Shown here one piece after another: positions 8,492-16,187 of a stretch of 32,000 nt of DNA (within the stretch, counting starts at the first letter, position 1; each line of letters opens with the position of its first letter). Where the stretch lies: contig NC_017080.1 of assembly GCF_000284115.1 (NCBI RefSeq), positions 960,001 through 992,000 of the forward strand, read 5' to 3'. The DNA comes from Phycisphaera mikurensis NBRC 102666 (GTDB taxonomy: Bacteria; Planctomycetota; Phycisphaerae; Phycisphaerales; Phycisphaeraceae). Position numbers and translations under genes: made by a program. The notes under the pieces are model-generated. The model saw only the letters and a program-made list of their open reading frames with translations, had not been told where the DNA came from and did no database searches.

Positions 8492-9871
8492 TTAGAGCCC
8501 TGCGCGGAAGGCGTTGAGCAGGTTGAAGCCGAAGCTGGGATAGGCGGCGGCGGTGTCGGCGAGCCGCTCGGTGGCGGCGGGGTCGTGCAGACCGGTGGCG
8601 AAGAGGTTGATCGCCTCTTCAGCGCCTGGGCCCACCAGGTGGGCGCCGACGAGGCGCCGGTCGCGGGCGGCATCGGAGCCGGCGTAGACGAACTTGTAGT
8701 AGGCGTGCTCGGCGCGTTGCTGCTTCATCAGCTTCCAGGCGGAGGCGTCGCCGCTGACGGCATCGACTTCCCCGAGGCCGGCGGTACCCCGGGCCTCGGC
8801 TTCGGTGTAGCCGGCCATCGCCGCGGTGGGCAGCGTGAAGGCGGCGGCGGTGATCCGCGGCGGGTCCGGCCGCAGGTGCGTCCGCGGCGGGTCGGCGTCG
8901 AGCAGGTTGCGGCGGAGCACGCGGCCGTCGCGGGCGGCCGTGGGGGTGAGCGAGGGGTTGCCGGTGTCGGCGACGTCGCCGCCCGCGTAGATGCGGGGGT
9001 TCGTCGTGCGGAGCTGCCGATCCACGCGGACGCCGCGTTCTCCGGCCTCGACGCCGGCGGCCGGCAGGTTCAAGCCGGCGACGGCCGGAACCCGGCCGGC
9101 GGTGGCCACGACCAGGTCGACCTCCACGGGCGGGCTGCCGTCGCCCTGGCAGAGCCGGAAGCCGCTCTGGCTCGGCTCGATCGCGGTCACCCGGCGCCCC
9201 GTCGACAGGCGGACGCCCACCGCCGCCATGCCCGCGGCGACCACCCGGACCGCGTCCGCGTCGAAGGGTGCCAGGACCCGGTCCGCGGCCTCGAACACGG
9301 TGACGCGGCTGCCCGCGACGGCGGCGACCGCCGCGAACTCCAACCCGACGTACCCGCCCCCGACGAAGGCGACGCGGCGTGGGAGCGCGTCGAGACGGAG
9401 GAACGCGGCGGAGTCGATGGCGTGCCCGCCGCCGGCGGTGTCCAGCGTCCCGGGCACGCGGCCGGTGCACACCGCCGCCTTGCCGAAGCGGAAGCGATCG
9501 CCGGCGACCTCCAGCGTCTGCTCGTCGACGAAGGCGGCCTCGGCCTCCACGAGGCGGATGCCGGCGGCGGCGAGGTCGTGGCGGGTCTGCGCCGGGATCG
9601 GGGCCGTGAAAGATTCTTTGAAGGCGTGGAGCTCGCCGTACCGCAGCTCCGGCGTCCCGCCGAGGCCGTGCCCGCGGAATGCTATGAAGCGGTGGAGGGC
9701 CTCCGCGGCGGCGACCAGCGGCTTCTTCGCGTCGCAGCCGCGGTTGGCGCAGGTCCCACCCGGGCTGTGCGGGTCGATCATCAAGACCGATCGTCCGGCC
9801 TTGGCGGCGGCGTAGGCGGGCATCTGCCCGGCCGTCCCGCACCCGAGGATCGCCACGTCGACATCGGTCAT
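8492..9871 (-). CDS. FAD-dependent pyridine nucleotide-disulfide oxidoreductase (glutathione/dihydrolipoamide reductase superfamily)
   Basis: N-terminal DVAILGCGTAGQMPAYAAAKAG, redox-active GGTCANRGCDAKK, RVAFVGGGYVGLEFA, NPRIYAGGDVADT. Confidence 0.9.
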   Translation of the reverse strand: MTDVDVAILGCGTAGQMPAYAAAKAGRSVLMIDPHSPGGTCANRGCDAKKPLVAAAEALHRFIAFRGHGLGGTPELRYGELHAFKESFTAPIPAQTRHDLAAAGIRLVEAEAAFVDEQTLEVAGDRFRFGKAAVCTGRVPGTLDTAGGGHAIDSAAFLRLDALPRRVAFVGGGYVGLEFAAVAAVAGSRVTVFEAADRVLAPFDADAVRVVAAGMAAVGVRLSTGRRVTAIEPSQSGFRLCQGDGSPPVEVDLVVATAGRVPAVAGLNLPAAGVEAGERGVRVDRQLRTTNPRIYAGGDVADTGNPSLTPTAARDGRVLRRNLLDADPPRTHLRPDPPRITAAAFTLPTAAMAGYTEAEARGTAGLGEVDAVSGDASAWKLMKQQRAEHAYYKFVYAGSDAARDRRLVGAHLVGPGAEEAINLFATGLHDPAATERLADTAAAYPSFGFNLLNAFRAGL

Positions 9872-10073
9872 CACCGGAAGCTACGCGGGTGGTTTGGCTT
9901 GCGTTGCCCCGCAGCGGCGCCTGCGCGTCGGCCGACGCGCCGCCTTAGCCTGAAGCCGGGCACCCGGACCGCCCGATAGCGCCGACGCGGGTCGGCCCCG
10001 CGTGCGACCCGTCGCTCCCTGCCCGTGCCGCGCCGGCACCGCCGCAGCCGCTTCTCTACCCGAGACCGACCCC

Positions 10074-10892
10074 TTGCGATACCGCTTCAGAGGACTGCTC
10101 CGCGAGACCGGCAAACCCGTCGAGGGCCACGTCGAGGCGCAAGGCCAGGCGAGCGCCTTCCGGATGCTCGGGGACAACGGCATCGTCTGCGAGGCGTTGC
10201 GTGAAGACCCGCTGCCCGAGGCCTACACCGGCAGCGACGACGAGGTCGGGTCCGCCATCGACTCGGCCTTGGACGTGTCGAGCACGCACGTCGACGTCGA
10301 CGAGATCGCCCGCCGCTACGGCGGCCAGAGCGTCCGCGTGATCGACCGCGACAAGATCCGCAAACGCGTGATGGAGGTGGTCACCACCGCGATCAAGAAG
10401 AGCCTGCCCGCGAGCACCTCCGCCGACACCAGCGCCCGCGACGAGACGCTCGAACGCGTCGAGGAGGCGATCAAGAAGGTCTTCGGGAACAACGCGAACC
10501 TCACCAGCGAGGTCCCGGCCCCCGCCGCGGCGGAGCCGGCCCCCGCTCCCGCCCCCGCCCCGGGCCCGCGGCCGGTCCCGACCGCCGCGGTCGCCGCGGG
10601 CGCCGGCGTTGCCGAGGGGACGCCTTTCGCCGAGAACAAGTTCCAGCTCATCTCCGAGGCCCTCGGCCGCATCGAGCGGAACATGAACGTCGTGGTGGCC
10701 GCCGCCAAGCGGGGCGGCATCGGCGGCGGCGGCGGGGGCGGTCGCGGCGCCGACCACAGCGCCAACGTCGGCCGGCACCTCAAGACGGTCCGCAACCCCG
10801 AGAACGACAAGGTGCTCCTGCAGATCTTCGAGACCAACGTGAAGATGCAGAAGAAGGTCGCCGAGAAGGCCGCCGGCGGCGGCGACGGCTGA
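10074..10892 (+). CDS. Uncharacterised protein: GspF/PilC-like N-terminal segment, Pro/Ala linker, C-terminal helical region
   Basis: Likely TTG start gives LRYRFRGLLRETGKPVEGHVEAQGQASAFRMLGDNGIVCEAL, resembling the extreme N-terminus of GspF/PilC proteins. Then PAPAPAPAPGPRP and a Gly-rich segment. The transmembrane GspF core is absent. Confidence 0.75.
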   Translation: MRYRFRGLLRETGKPVEGHVEAQGQASAFRMLGDNGIVCEALREDPLPEAYTGSDDEVGSAIDSALDVSSTHVDVDEIARRYGGQSVRVIDRDKIRKRVMEVVTTAIKKSLPASTSADTSARDETLERVEEAIKKVFGNNANLTSEVPAPAAAEPAPAPAPAPGPRPVPTAAVAAGAGVAEGTPFAENKFQLISEALGRIERNMNVVVAAAKRGGIGGGGGGGRGADHSANVGRHLKTVRNPENDKVLLQIFETNVKMQKKVAEKAAGGGDG

Positions 10893-10911
10893 AACCGGAG
10901 CCGTCGGCCCT

Positions 10912-10970
10912 GACGCGGTCCGACGCGGGGCCGACGCGGTCCGACACGCCTGACGCGCCCCGACGCGCCC
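10912..10970. repeat. Short imperfect direct repeats: GACGCGGTCCGAC at 10912-10924 and 10933-10945 (21-nt period), plus TGACGCGCCC/CGACGCGCCC at 10951-10970
   Basis: Read directly between the two genes. Confidence 0.6.
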
Positions 10971-11147
10971 TCGTAGGTCTGCCCCTTTTGTCCAGCCCCC
11001 CCGGCTTTCCGGACCTTCCGGCTAACCTCCAAACCAACTCCTGCCGATGGCAGGCCCACCGCCCGAGATCGGGCGACCCGGCGTCGCCGGGACCCTTTCG
11101 AGCCCGATCGCTCGCCCCCACCGCCACCGCAAGGAGCACCCCGCAGC

Positions 11148-12203
11148 ATGAGCAAGAACCGCAACAAAGCCGACGACAGCGGCTCGACGACCGACGCCCT
11201 GTACCTCGGCATCGACCTGGGCACCAGCCGCTCGTCCATCGCAACCGCCGAGGGCGCCCGCAAGACCGTCGAGTCGTACGTCGGCTGGCCCAAGGACGCG
11301 GTCTCGATGAAGCACCTCAACGGCCGCTCCATCATCTACGGCCGCGAAGCCCTGGACAACCGGCTCTCGCTGGACCTCTACCGCCCGCTCGCCGACGGCG
11401 TCATCAAGACCGACGAAGCCGGCGACCGCAACCTCGAGGCCGCTCGCGAGCTGATCGCGTACCTGGTCGAGCTGGCCGACCCGCCGCGCGGCGTCGAGCT
11501 CTTCGGCGTGTGCGGCGTGCCCTCCGAGGCGAGCGGCACGAACAAGGAGGCGATCATCGAGTCGACCAAGGGCATCCTCGACGCGGTGATGATCGTCACC
11601 GAGCCCTTCTGCGTGGCCTACGGCCTCGAGCGGACCAGCGACGTGCTCGTCGTGGACATCGGTGCCGGCACGACGGACCTCTGCCGGATGCACGGCACGG
11701 TGCCCACGATGGAGGACCAGATCTCCATCAACGTCGCCGGCGACGCCGTCGACAAGAAGATGTACGAGCTGATCAAGAACGCGTACCCCGACGCGTCGCT
11801 GAACATCAACATGTGCAAGAAGTTCAAGGAGCAGTACGGCTACGTGCACTCCGCGACCGACAAGATCGAGGTCATGATGCCGGTCAACGGCAAGCCGACC
11901 AAGCACGACATCACGCAGATCGTCCACGACGCCTGCTACATCCTGGTCGACCCGATCGTCGAGGCCATCCACAAGCTGATCTCGACCTTCGATCCCGAGT
12001 TCCAGGACAAGCTCCGCAACAACATCATCCTCTCCGGCGGCGGCGGCCTCATGGGGGGCCTGAACAAGGCCATCGAAGACAAGCTCGAGCGGGTCGGCGG
12101 CGCGTCCGTCACCCAGGTCGAGGAGCCGATGTACGCCGGCGCCAACGGCGGCCTCCAGCTCGCGCTGGACATGCCCGAGGACTACTGGCAGCAGCTGCGG
12201 TAA
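11148..12203 (+). CDS. MamK-like bacterial actin homologue (MreB/MamK ATPase superfamily)
   Basis: ALYLGIDLGTSRSSIATAEG, GREALDNRLSLDLYRPLADGVIK, VIVTEPFCVAYGLERTSDVLVVDIGAGTTDLCRMHGTVPTMEDQISI, NNIILSGGGGLMGGLNKAIE, MPEDYWQQL. These read closer to MamK than to canonical MreB. Confidence 0.88.
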   Translation: MSKNRNKADDSGSTTDALYLGIDLGTSRSSIATAEGARKTVESYVGWPKDAVSMKHLNGRSIIYGREALDNRLSLDLYRPLADGVIKTDEAGDRNLEAARELIAYLVELADPPRGVELFGVCGVPSEASGTNKEAIIESTKGILDAVMIVTEPFCVAYGLERTSDVLVVDIGAGTTDLCRMHGTVPTMEDQISINVAGDAVDKKMYELIKNAYPDASLNINMCKKFKEQYGYVHSATDKIEVMMPVNGKPTKHDITQIVHDACYILVDPIVEAIHKLISTFDPEFQDKLRNNIILSGGGGLMGGLNKAIEDKLERVGGASVTQVEEPMYAGANGGLQLALDMPEDYWQQLR

Positions 12204-12298
12204 CGCCTCCTGTGGGCGGCCCGGGCGCCACCGCCGGGGCCGCGCGCCGGACCAAGCCTCCGGCTTCCGCCGATCCGATCCGGTTGTCACGAACAAGC

Positions 12299-12324
12299 GC
12301 AGGCCGGTCCCCGGACCGGCCTGC
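12299..12324. terminator. Strong hairpin, probable bidirectional terminator between convergent genes
   Basis: GCAGGCCGGTCC-CC-GGACCGGCCTGC, perfect 12-bp arms, between the ends of the actin-like gene and the M20 peptidase gene. Confidence 0.6.
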
Positions 12325-12346
12325 TTGCTGCGCCGCGAGCCGGATG

Positions 12347-12392
12347 CCGCGGACCGCAAGGCTTCCGGGCCCCCGGCGGCCGCGGTCCGCGG
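12347..12392. repeat. Dispersed 46-nt palindromic element, copy 1
   Basis: CCGCGGACCGC (12347-12357), 24-nt spacer, GCGGTCCGCGG (12382-12392). Confidence 0.85.
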
Positions 12393-12401
12393 ACCGGCCG
12401 C

Positions 12402-13805
12402 TTATCCCTCCGCCAGGCGGCCGAGCAGCTCCGCGTGCACCCTCGCCCCCAGGTGGAAGCGGTCGAGCCCGAAGTGCTCGTCGGGGCTGTGGATGTCGTC
12501 GGCGTTGAGGCCGAAGCCCAGCAGCAGCGTGTCCATGCCAAGCGTTTCCTTGAAGTCGGCGATGACCGGGATCGTGGCGCCCGAGCGGACGAGGGCCGGC
12601 CTCACGCCGGCGATCGCCTCGCAGGCCGCGACGGCGGCGGCGATCTCGGCGGAGTCACGCCGCACCAGCACGGGGTCCGCCTCGCCGTGGTTCTCCAGGT
12701 CCCAGCGGCATCCGTCGACCTCCTGTTGCTCCAGCCACTCGGTGAAGAGCGCCGCGACGCGCCTTGCCTCCATGTTCCCAGGGATGCGGAAGCTGACCTT
12801 TGCGCCGGCGAAGGACGGCAGAACGGTCTTCGCACCCTCGCCCATGTACCCGCCGTAGAGGCCGTTGACGTCGCAAGCGGGGCGGGCCCAACGCCGCTCC
12901 AGGGTGGAGAAGCCGGCCTCGCCCGAGGCGGTTCCGCCCACGGCGCCGACGAAGCCCTCGTCGGTGAAGGGCAGGGCGGCCCACTCCTCGCGCTCGGCGG
13001 GATCCAGCGGCGCGACGTTGTCGTAGAAGCCGGGGATGGCGATGCGGCGGTCTTCGTCGAAGAGCTTCCCGAGCACGCGGGCGAGGACGGTCGCGGGGTT
13101 GGCCAGCGTGCCGCCGTACACGCCGGAGTGCAGGTCGCGGTCGGGGCCGTGGAGCTTCAGGTCGAAGTAGACGAGCCCGCGCAGGCCGTACGTCAGCGTC
13201 GGCGTTCTGGCGTCCCACATCGCGGTGTCGCTCACGACCGCGACGTCCGCGGACAGGTCCTTCCCCCGCTCTTGGAGGAAGGCCGGGAGGGTGCGGCTGC
13301 CGCACTCCTCCTCGCCCTCGATCAGCACCTTCACGTTGACCGGCAGCGGGACGCCGGCGTCGCGGAAGCCCTGCAACGCCTCCAGGAAGCAAGCCACCTG
13401 CCCCTTGTCGTCGCTCGCCCCGCGGGCGTACACGGCGTCGCCATCGCCGGCGGTCTGGCTCGGCCGCACCGCCGGCTCGAAGGGCGGGCTTGTCCAGAGC
13501 TCCAGCGGGTCCGGCGGCTGCACGTCGTAGTGCCCGTAGAAGAGCACCGTCGGCTTCTCGGCACCCGCCTCCGCGTTCCTGCCGAGCACCACCGGGTGGC
13601 CGCCGCCGGAGGAGACGGTCTCGGTGTCGAAGCCGAGCGCCTCGAGCCGCTGCGCCACCCACGCCGCGCCCCGCCGGACCTCCACGCCGTACGCCGGATC
13701 GGTGCTGACGGAGGGGATCGAAAGGAAGGACACCAGCCGTGCAACGGCCGCGTCGCGGGCTTCCTCAAGGGCTTGCTGAACGGCGGGGTGCTTCGCGTCG
13801 GGCAT
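12402..13805 (-). CDS. M20-family dipeptidase/metallopeptidase
   Basis: FLSIPSVSTDPAYG...VVLGRNAE...VLFYGHYDVQPPDPLELWTSPPFEP...YARGASDDKGQ...LIEGEEECGS are M20 metal-ligand motifs. Confidence 0.93.
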   Translation of the reverse strand: MPDAKHPAVQQALEEARDAAVARLVSFLSIPSVSTDPAYGVEVRRGAAWVAQRLEALGFDTETVSSGGGHPVVLGRNAEAGAEKPTVLFYGHYDVQPPDPLELWTSPPFEPAVRPSQTAGDGDAVYARGASDDKGQVACFLEALQGFRDAGVPLPVNVKVLIEGEEECGSRTLPAFLQERGKDLSADVAVVSDTAMWDARTPTLTYGLRGLVYFDLKLHGPDRDLHSGVYGGTLANPATVLARVLGKLFDEDRRIAIPGFYDNVAPLDPAEREEWAALPFTDEGFVGAVGGTASGEAGFSTLERRWARPACDVNGLYGGYMGEGAKTVLPSFAGAKVSFRIPGNMEARRVAALFTEWLEQQEVDGCRWDLENHGEADPVLVRRDSAEIAAAVAACEAIAGVRPALVRSGATIPVIADFKETLGMDTLLLGFGLNADDIHSPDEHFGLDRFHLGARVHAELLGRLAEG

Positions 13806-13966
13806 CCGCCCAAGCTACGCGGATCCCGGCGGGCGCTCCCGCGGCGGCGGGGCGTCGGCGTGCGGGCGGATCCGTCGGCGGGCTGCGGGCCGGCCGGCTC
13901 GGACCGTGCGGAAGCGGCTGGCGGATCCCGGGGTCGCGGCCGGCCCCGCCCCCGTACCGTCGCCCC

Positions 13967-15148
13967 ATGACCGACCCCCGTCTCGCCAAGCTCGCCCGGG
14001 TTCTCGTCCGCCACTGCGTCGGGGTGAAGCCCGGCCAGACCGTCCGCATCGCCGGCGACGTCGTCGGGCTCCCGCTGCTGGAGCTGATCCACGAGGAGGT
14101 CGTCAGGGCCGGCGGGCACCCGCTCGTGCGGATGTCCTCGCAAAACATGCAGGACGCCTTCCTCGAGCTGGCGGGCGAGGATCAGCTCCGGCACCTGCCC
14201 GGCCTGGCGCTCGAGGAGGTCGAGGCGATCGACGCGTCGATCGGGCTCTGGGCCGACGTCAACACCAAGGCGCAGAGCCAGGCCGATCCGCAGCGGCAGG
14301 CCACGGTCTCGGCCGCCCGCTCGCCGCTGTCCGAACGCTTCTTGAAGCGGGCGGCCGCGGGCGATCTGAGGTGGTGCGGCACGCAGTTCCCCACCAACGC
14401 CGCGGCCCAGGACGCCGAGATGTCGCTGCGTGCGTACGCCGACTTCGTCTTCACCGCCGGCCACCTGGACGCCGCCGATCCGGCGGCCGAGTGGGAGCGG
14501 ATCTCCAAACGGCAGCAGCAGGTGGTCGATTACCTCGACGGCAAGGAGCAACTCCACTTCGAGGCCCCCAACGGCACCGACCTCGCCGTCGACGTTGCGG
14601 GCAACACGTGGATCAACTGCGACGGGCACGAGAACTTCCCCGACGGGGAGGTCTTCACCGGGCCGAATCTCCGGGCCGGCGGCGACTCCCCCGCCCCCGG
14701 CGGCGTGGCCGGTGTGGTGCGGTACAGCTTCCCCGCCGTGCACGGCGGCCGCGAGGTCCACGGCATCGAGCTGACCTTCGAGGGCGGGCGCGTGGTCGAC
14801 GCGAAGGCGGAGAAGAACCTGGGCTTCCTGCTGGCGATGCTCGACCAGGACGAGGGCGCCCGGCGCCTGGGCGAGATCGCGATCGGGACGAACTACCAGA
14901 TCACGCGCTACACGAAGAACACCCTCTTCGACGAGAAGATCGGCGGGACCTTCCACGCCGCCGTCGGCGCCGGCTACCCCGAGACCGGCAACGCGAACAA
15001 GAGCGGCCTGCACTGGGACATGGTGTGCGACCTGCGCGAGTCGGCGCCGGGCGCCGCCGATGGCGGGCGGATCACCGCCGACGGCGAACTCTTCCACGAG
15101 CACGGCCGGTTCGTGGGGCCGCTCGCCGGCGTGTTCGGCGCGGCCTGA
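13967..15148 (+). CDS. M29-family aminopeptidase (AmpS/PepS/aminopeptidase T-like)
   Basis: MTDPRLAKLARVLVRHCVGVKPGQTVRIAGDVVGLPLLELIHEEVVRAGGHPLVR...FEAPNGTDLAV...NFPDGEVFTGP...NYQITRYTKNTLFDEKIGGTFHAAVGAGYPETGNANKSGLHWDMVCDLR. Confidence 0.93.
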   Translation: MTDPRLAKLARVLVRHCVGVKPGQTVRIAGDVVGLPLLELIHEEVVRAGGHPLVRMSSQNMQDAFLELAGEDQLRHLPGLALEEVEAIDASIGLWADVNTKAQSQADPQRQATVSAARSPLSERFLKRAAAGDLRWCGTQFPTNAAAQDAEMSLRAYADFVFTAGHLDAADPAAEWERISKRQQQVVDYLDGKEQLHFEAPNGTDLAVDVAGNTWINCDGHENFPDGEVFTGPNLRAGGDSPAPGGVAGVVRYSFPAVHGGREVHGIELTFEGGRVVDAKAEKNLGFLLAMLDQDEGARRLGEIAIGTNYQITRYTKNTLFDEKIGGTFHAAVGAGYPETGNANKSGLHWDMVCDLRESAPGAADGGRITADGELFHEHGRFVGPLAGVFGAA

Positions 15149-15163
15149 GCCGTGCCCGCGCGG

Positions 15164-15211
15164 GCCGCGGACCGCGCGGCCGGCGAGCCCAAAAAGCTCG
15201 CGGTCCGCGGC
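15164..15211. repeat. Dispersed palindromic element, copy 2 (core 15165-15210), 16 nt after the M29 aminopeptidase stop; may also act as a terminator
   Basis: GCCGCGGACCGCG / CGCGGTCCGCGGC 13-bp arms. An inner CGAGC-CCAAAAA-GCTCG hairpin is a competing fold. Confidence 0.85.
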
Positions 15212-15313
15212 GCTTCAGTGGGCGGGGGATCGCCCCGATGCCAAGCGTGTCGCGCGGGACGTCCTGCGCCGCCGCTGCCCCACGCCCGCACCCCCGAGCC
15301 CCCGACCGCCCCG

Positions 15314-15706
15314 ATGAAGAAAGACACGCCCATCTCCGCCGGCTCCGCCGCCGCCTTGACCGCCCGCATCACCGCCACGCTGGGCCCGCTGGACGCGGAC
15401 GAGCAGGCCTGCTGCGAGAAGCTCGAGGACCTCGGCGCCAAGGTCGCCGAGCTGCAGGCGCAGATCAGCGACGCCGAGGAGAACCTCCGCATCGTCAAGG
15501 CCGCCAAGGTGGACGCGATCCGCTCGCTGATGAACGACGACCCGCTGCTGTCGCAAGCCTTCGGCGGCTCGGCCGCGGAGGCCGTGGAGGAAGCCGCGGC
15601 CCTGGAGGAGGACGAGGACGTGGTGGAGGCCACCGCCGAGGACGAGGACGCGGCCGGCGACGCGGACGCGGACGACGGCAACCCGCTGCTGAAGCTCAAG
15701 GACTAG
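15314..15706 (+). CDS. Hypothetical coiled-coil protein with acidic C-terminus
   Basis: MKKDTPISAGSAAALTARITATLGPLDADEQACCEKLEDLGAKVAELQAQISDAEENLRIVKAAK... heptad-like, followed by an acidic tail. Confidence 0.65.
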   Translation: MKKDTPISAGSAAALTARITATLGPLDADEQACCEKLEDLGAKVAELQAQISDAEENLRIVKAAKVDAIRSLMNDDPLLSQAFGGSAAEAVEEAAALEEDEDVVEATAEDEDAAGDADADDGNPLLKLKD

Positions 15707-16187
15707 ACGCCAGCGCCGCCGGATCGACCCGCACGCTGCGCCCCGGCGCTCTTCGTCGCCCGGAGCTTGCGGGGGGGCGTCCAGCGGCCCGGGCGGGGCA
15801 GCCGCCCGGCGGGCGTCTCTCGCGGAGGCATGCCCGCGCCACGCGCTCCAGGCGTGAGGCCGGGACCGCGCCTGGAGGCAGAACCCATCCCCGGGCGGCG
15901 GTGGCGCTCAAAAGCGGGTGGGGTGCGGATCGGACCTTCTGCGGCGTCGACGAGGCGGCCGCCTTCGGGCGCGACCCCGCGTGCGTGCGGACGTCCGCGC
16001 GGCCGCTCGCGCTCCCGGGGATCCGCGGCCGGGAGGCGTGGCAGCGGTAGCGGAACGCTCCGTCGGCGAGCCGCACCCGATCGTCACCGCACGCGGGGGC
16101 GGACGGCTCGGCGGATGGGGGGTTCCACCGGCGCCGCTCCCGCTCTACGATCCTCGCTCCTCTCCACCGCCTCCCCGGTCGCCCCGC

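Noticed and set aside
9280-9300. CGGTCCGCGG match within the disulfide oxidoreductase gene
   Set aside because: Single half-arm without partner, expected by chance in GC-rich coding sequence.
11148-12203. Calling the actin-like gene mreB, or claiming a magnetosome island
   Set aside because: Motifs favour MamK-like over MreB, but no mamA/B/E/M/O/P/Q or mad genes are present, so magnetosome function is not supported.
10988-12508. 506-aa plus-strand ORF overlapping the actin-like gene in another frame
   Set aside because: Arg/Pro/Gln-rich frame-shifted translation with no domain. The actin-like frame is well supported.
15707-16187. Long intergenic region after the coiled-coil gene, tested for a hidden gene or ncRNA
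   Set aside because: ORFs spanning it are low-complexity frames and no convincing structure or homology could be supported by eye.
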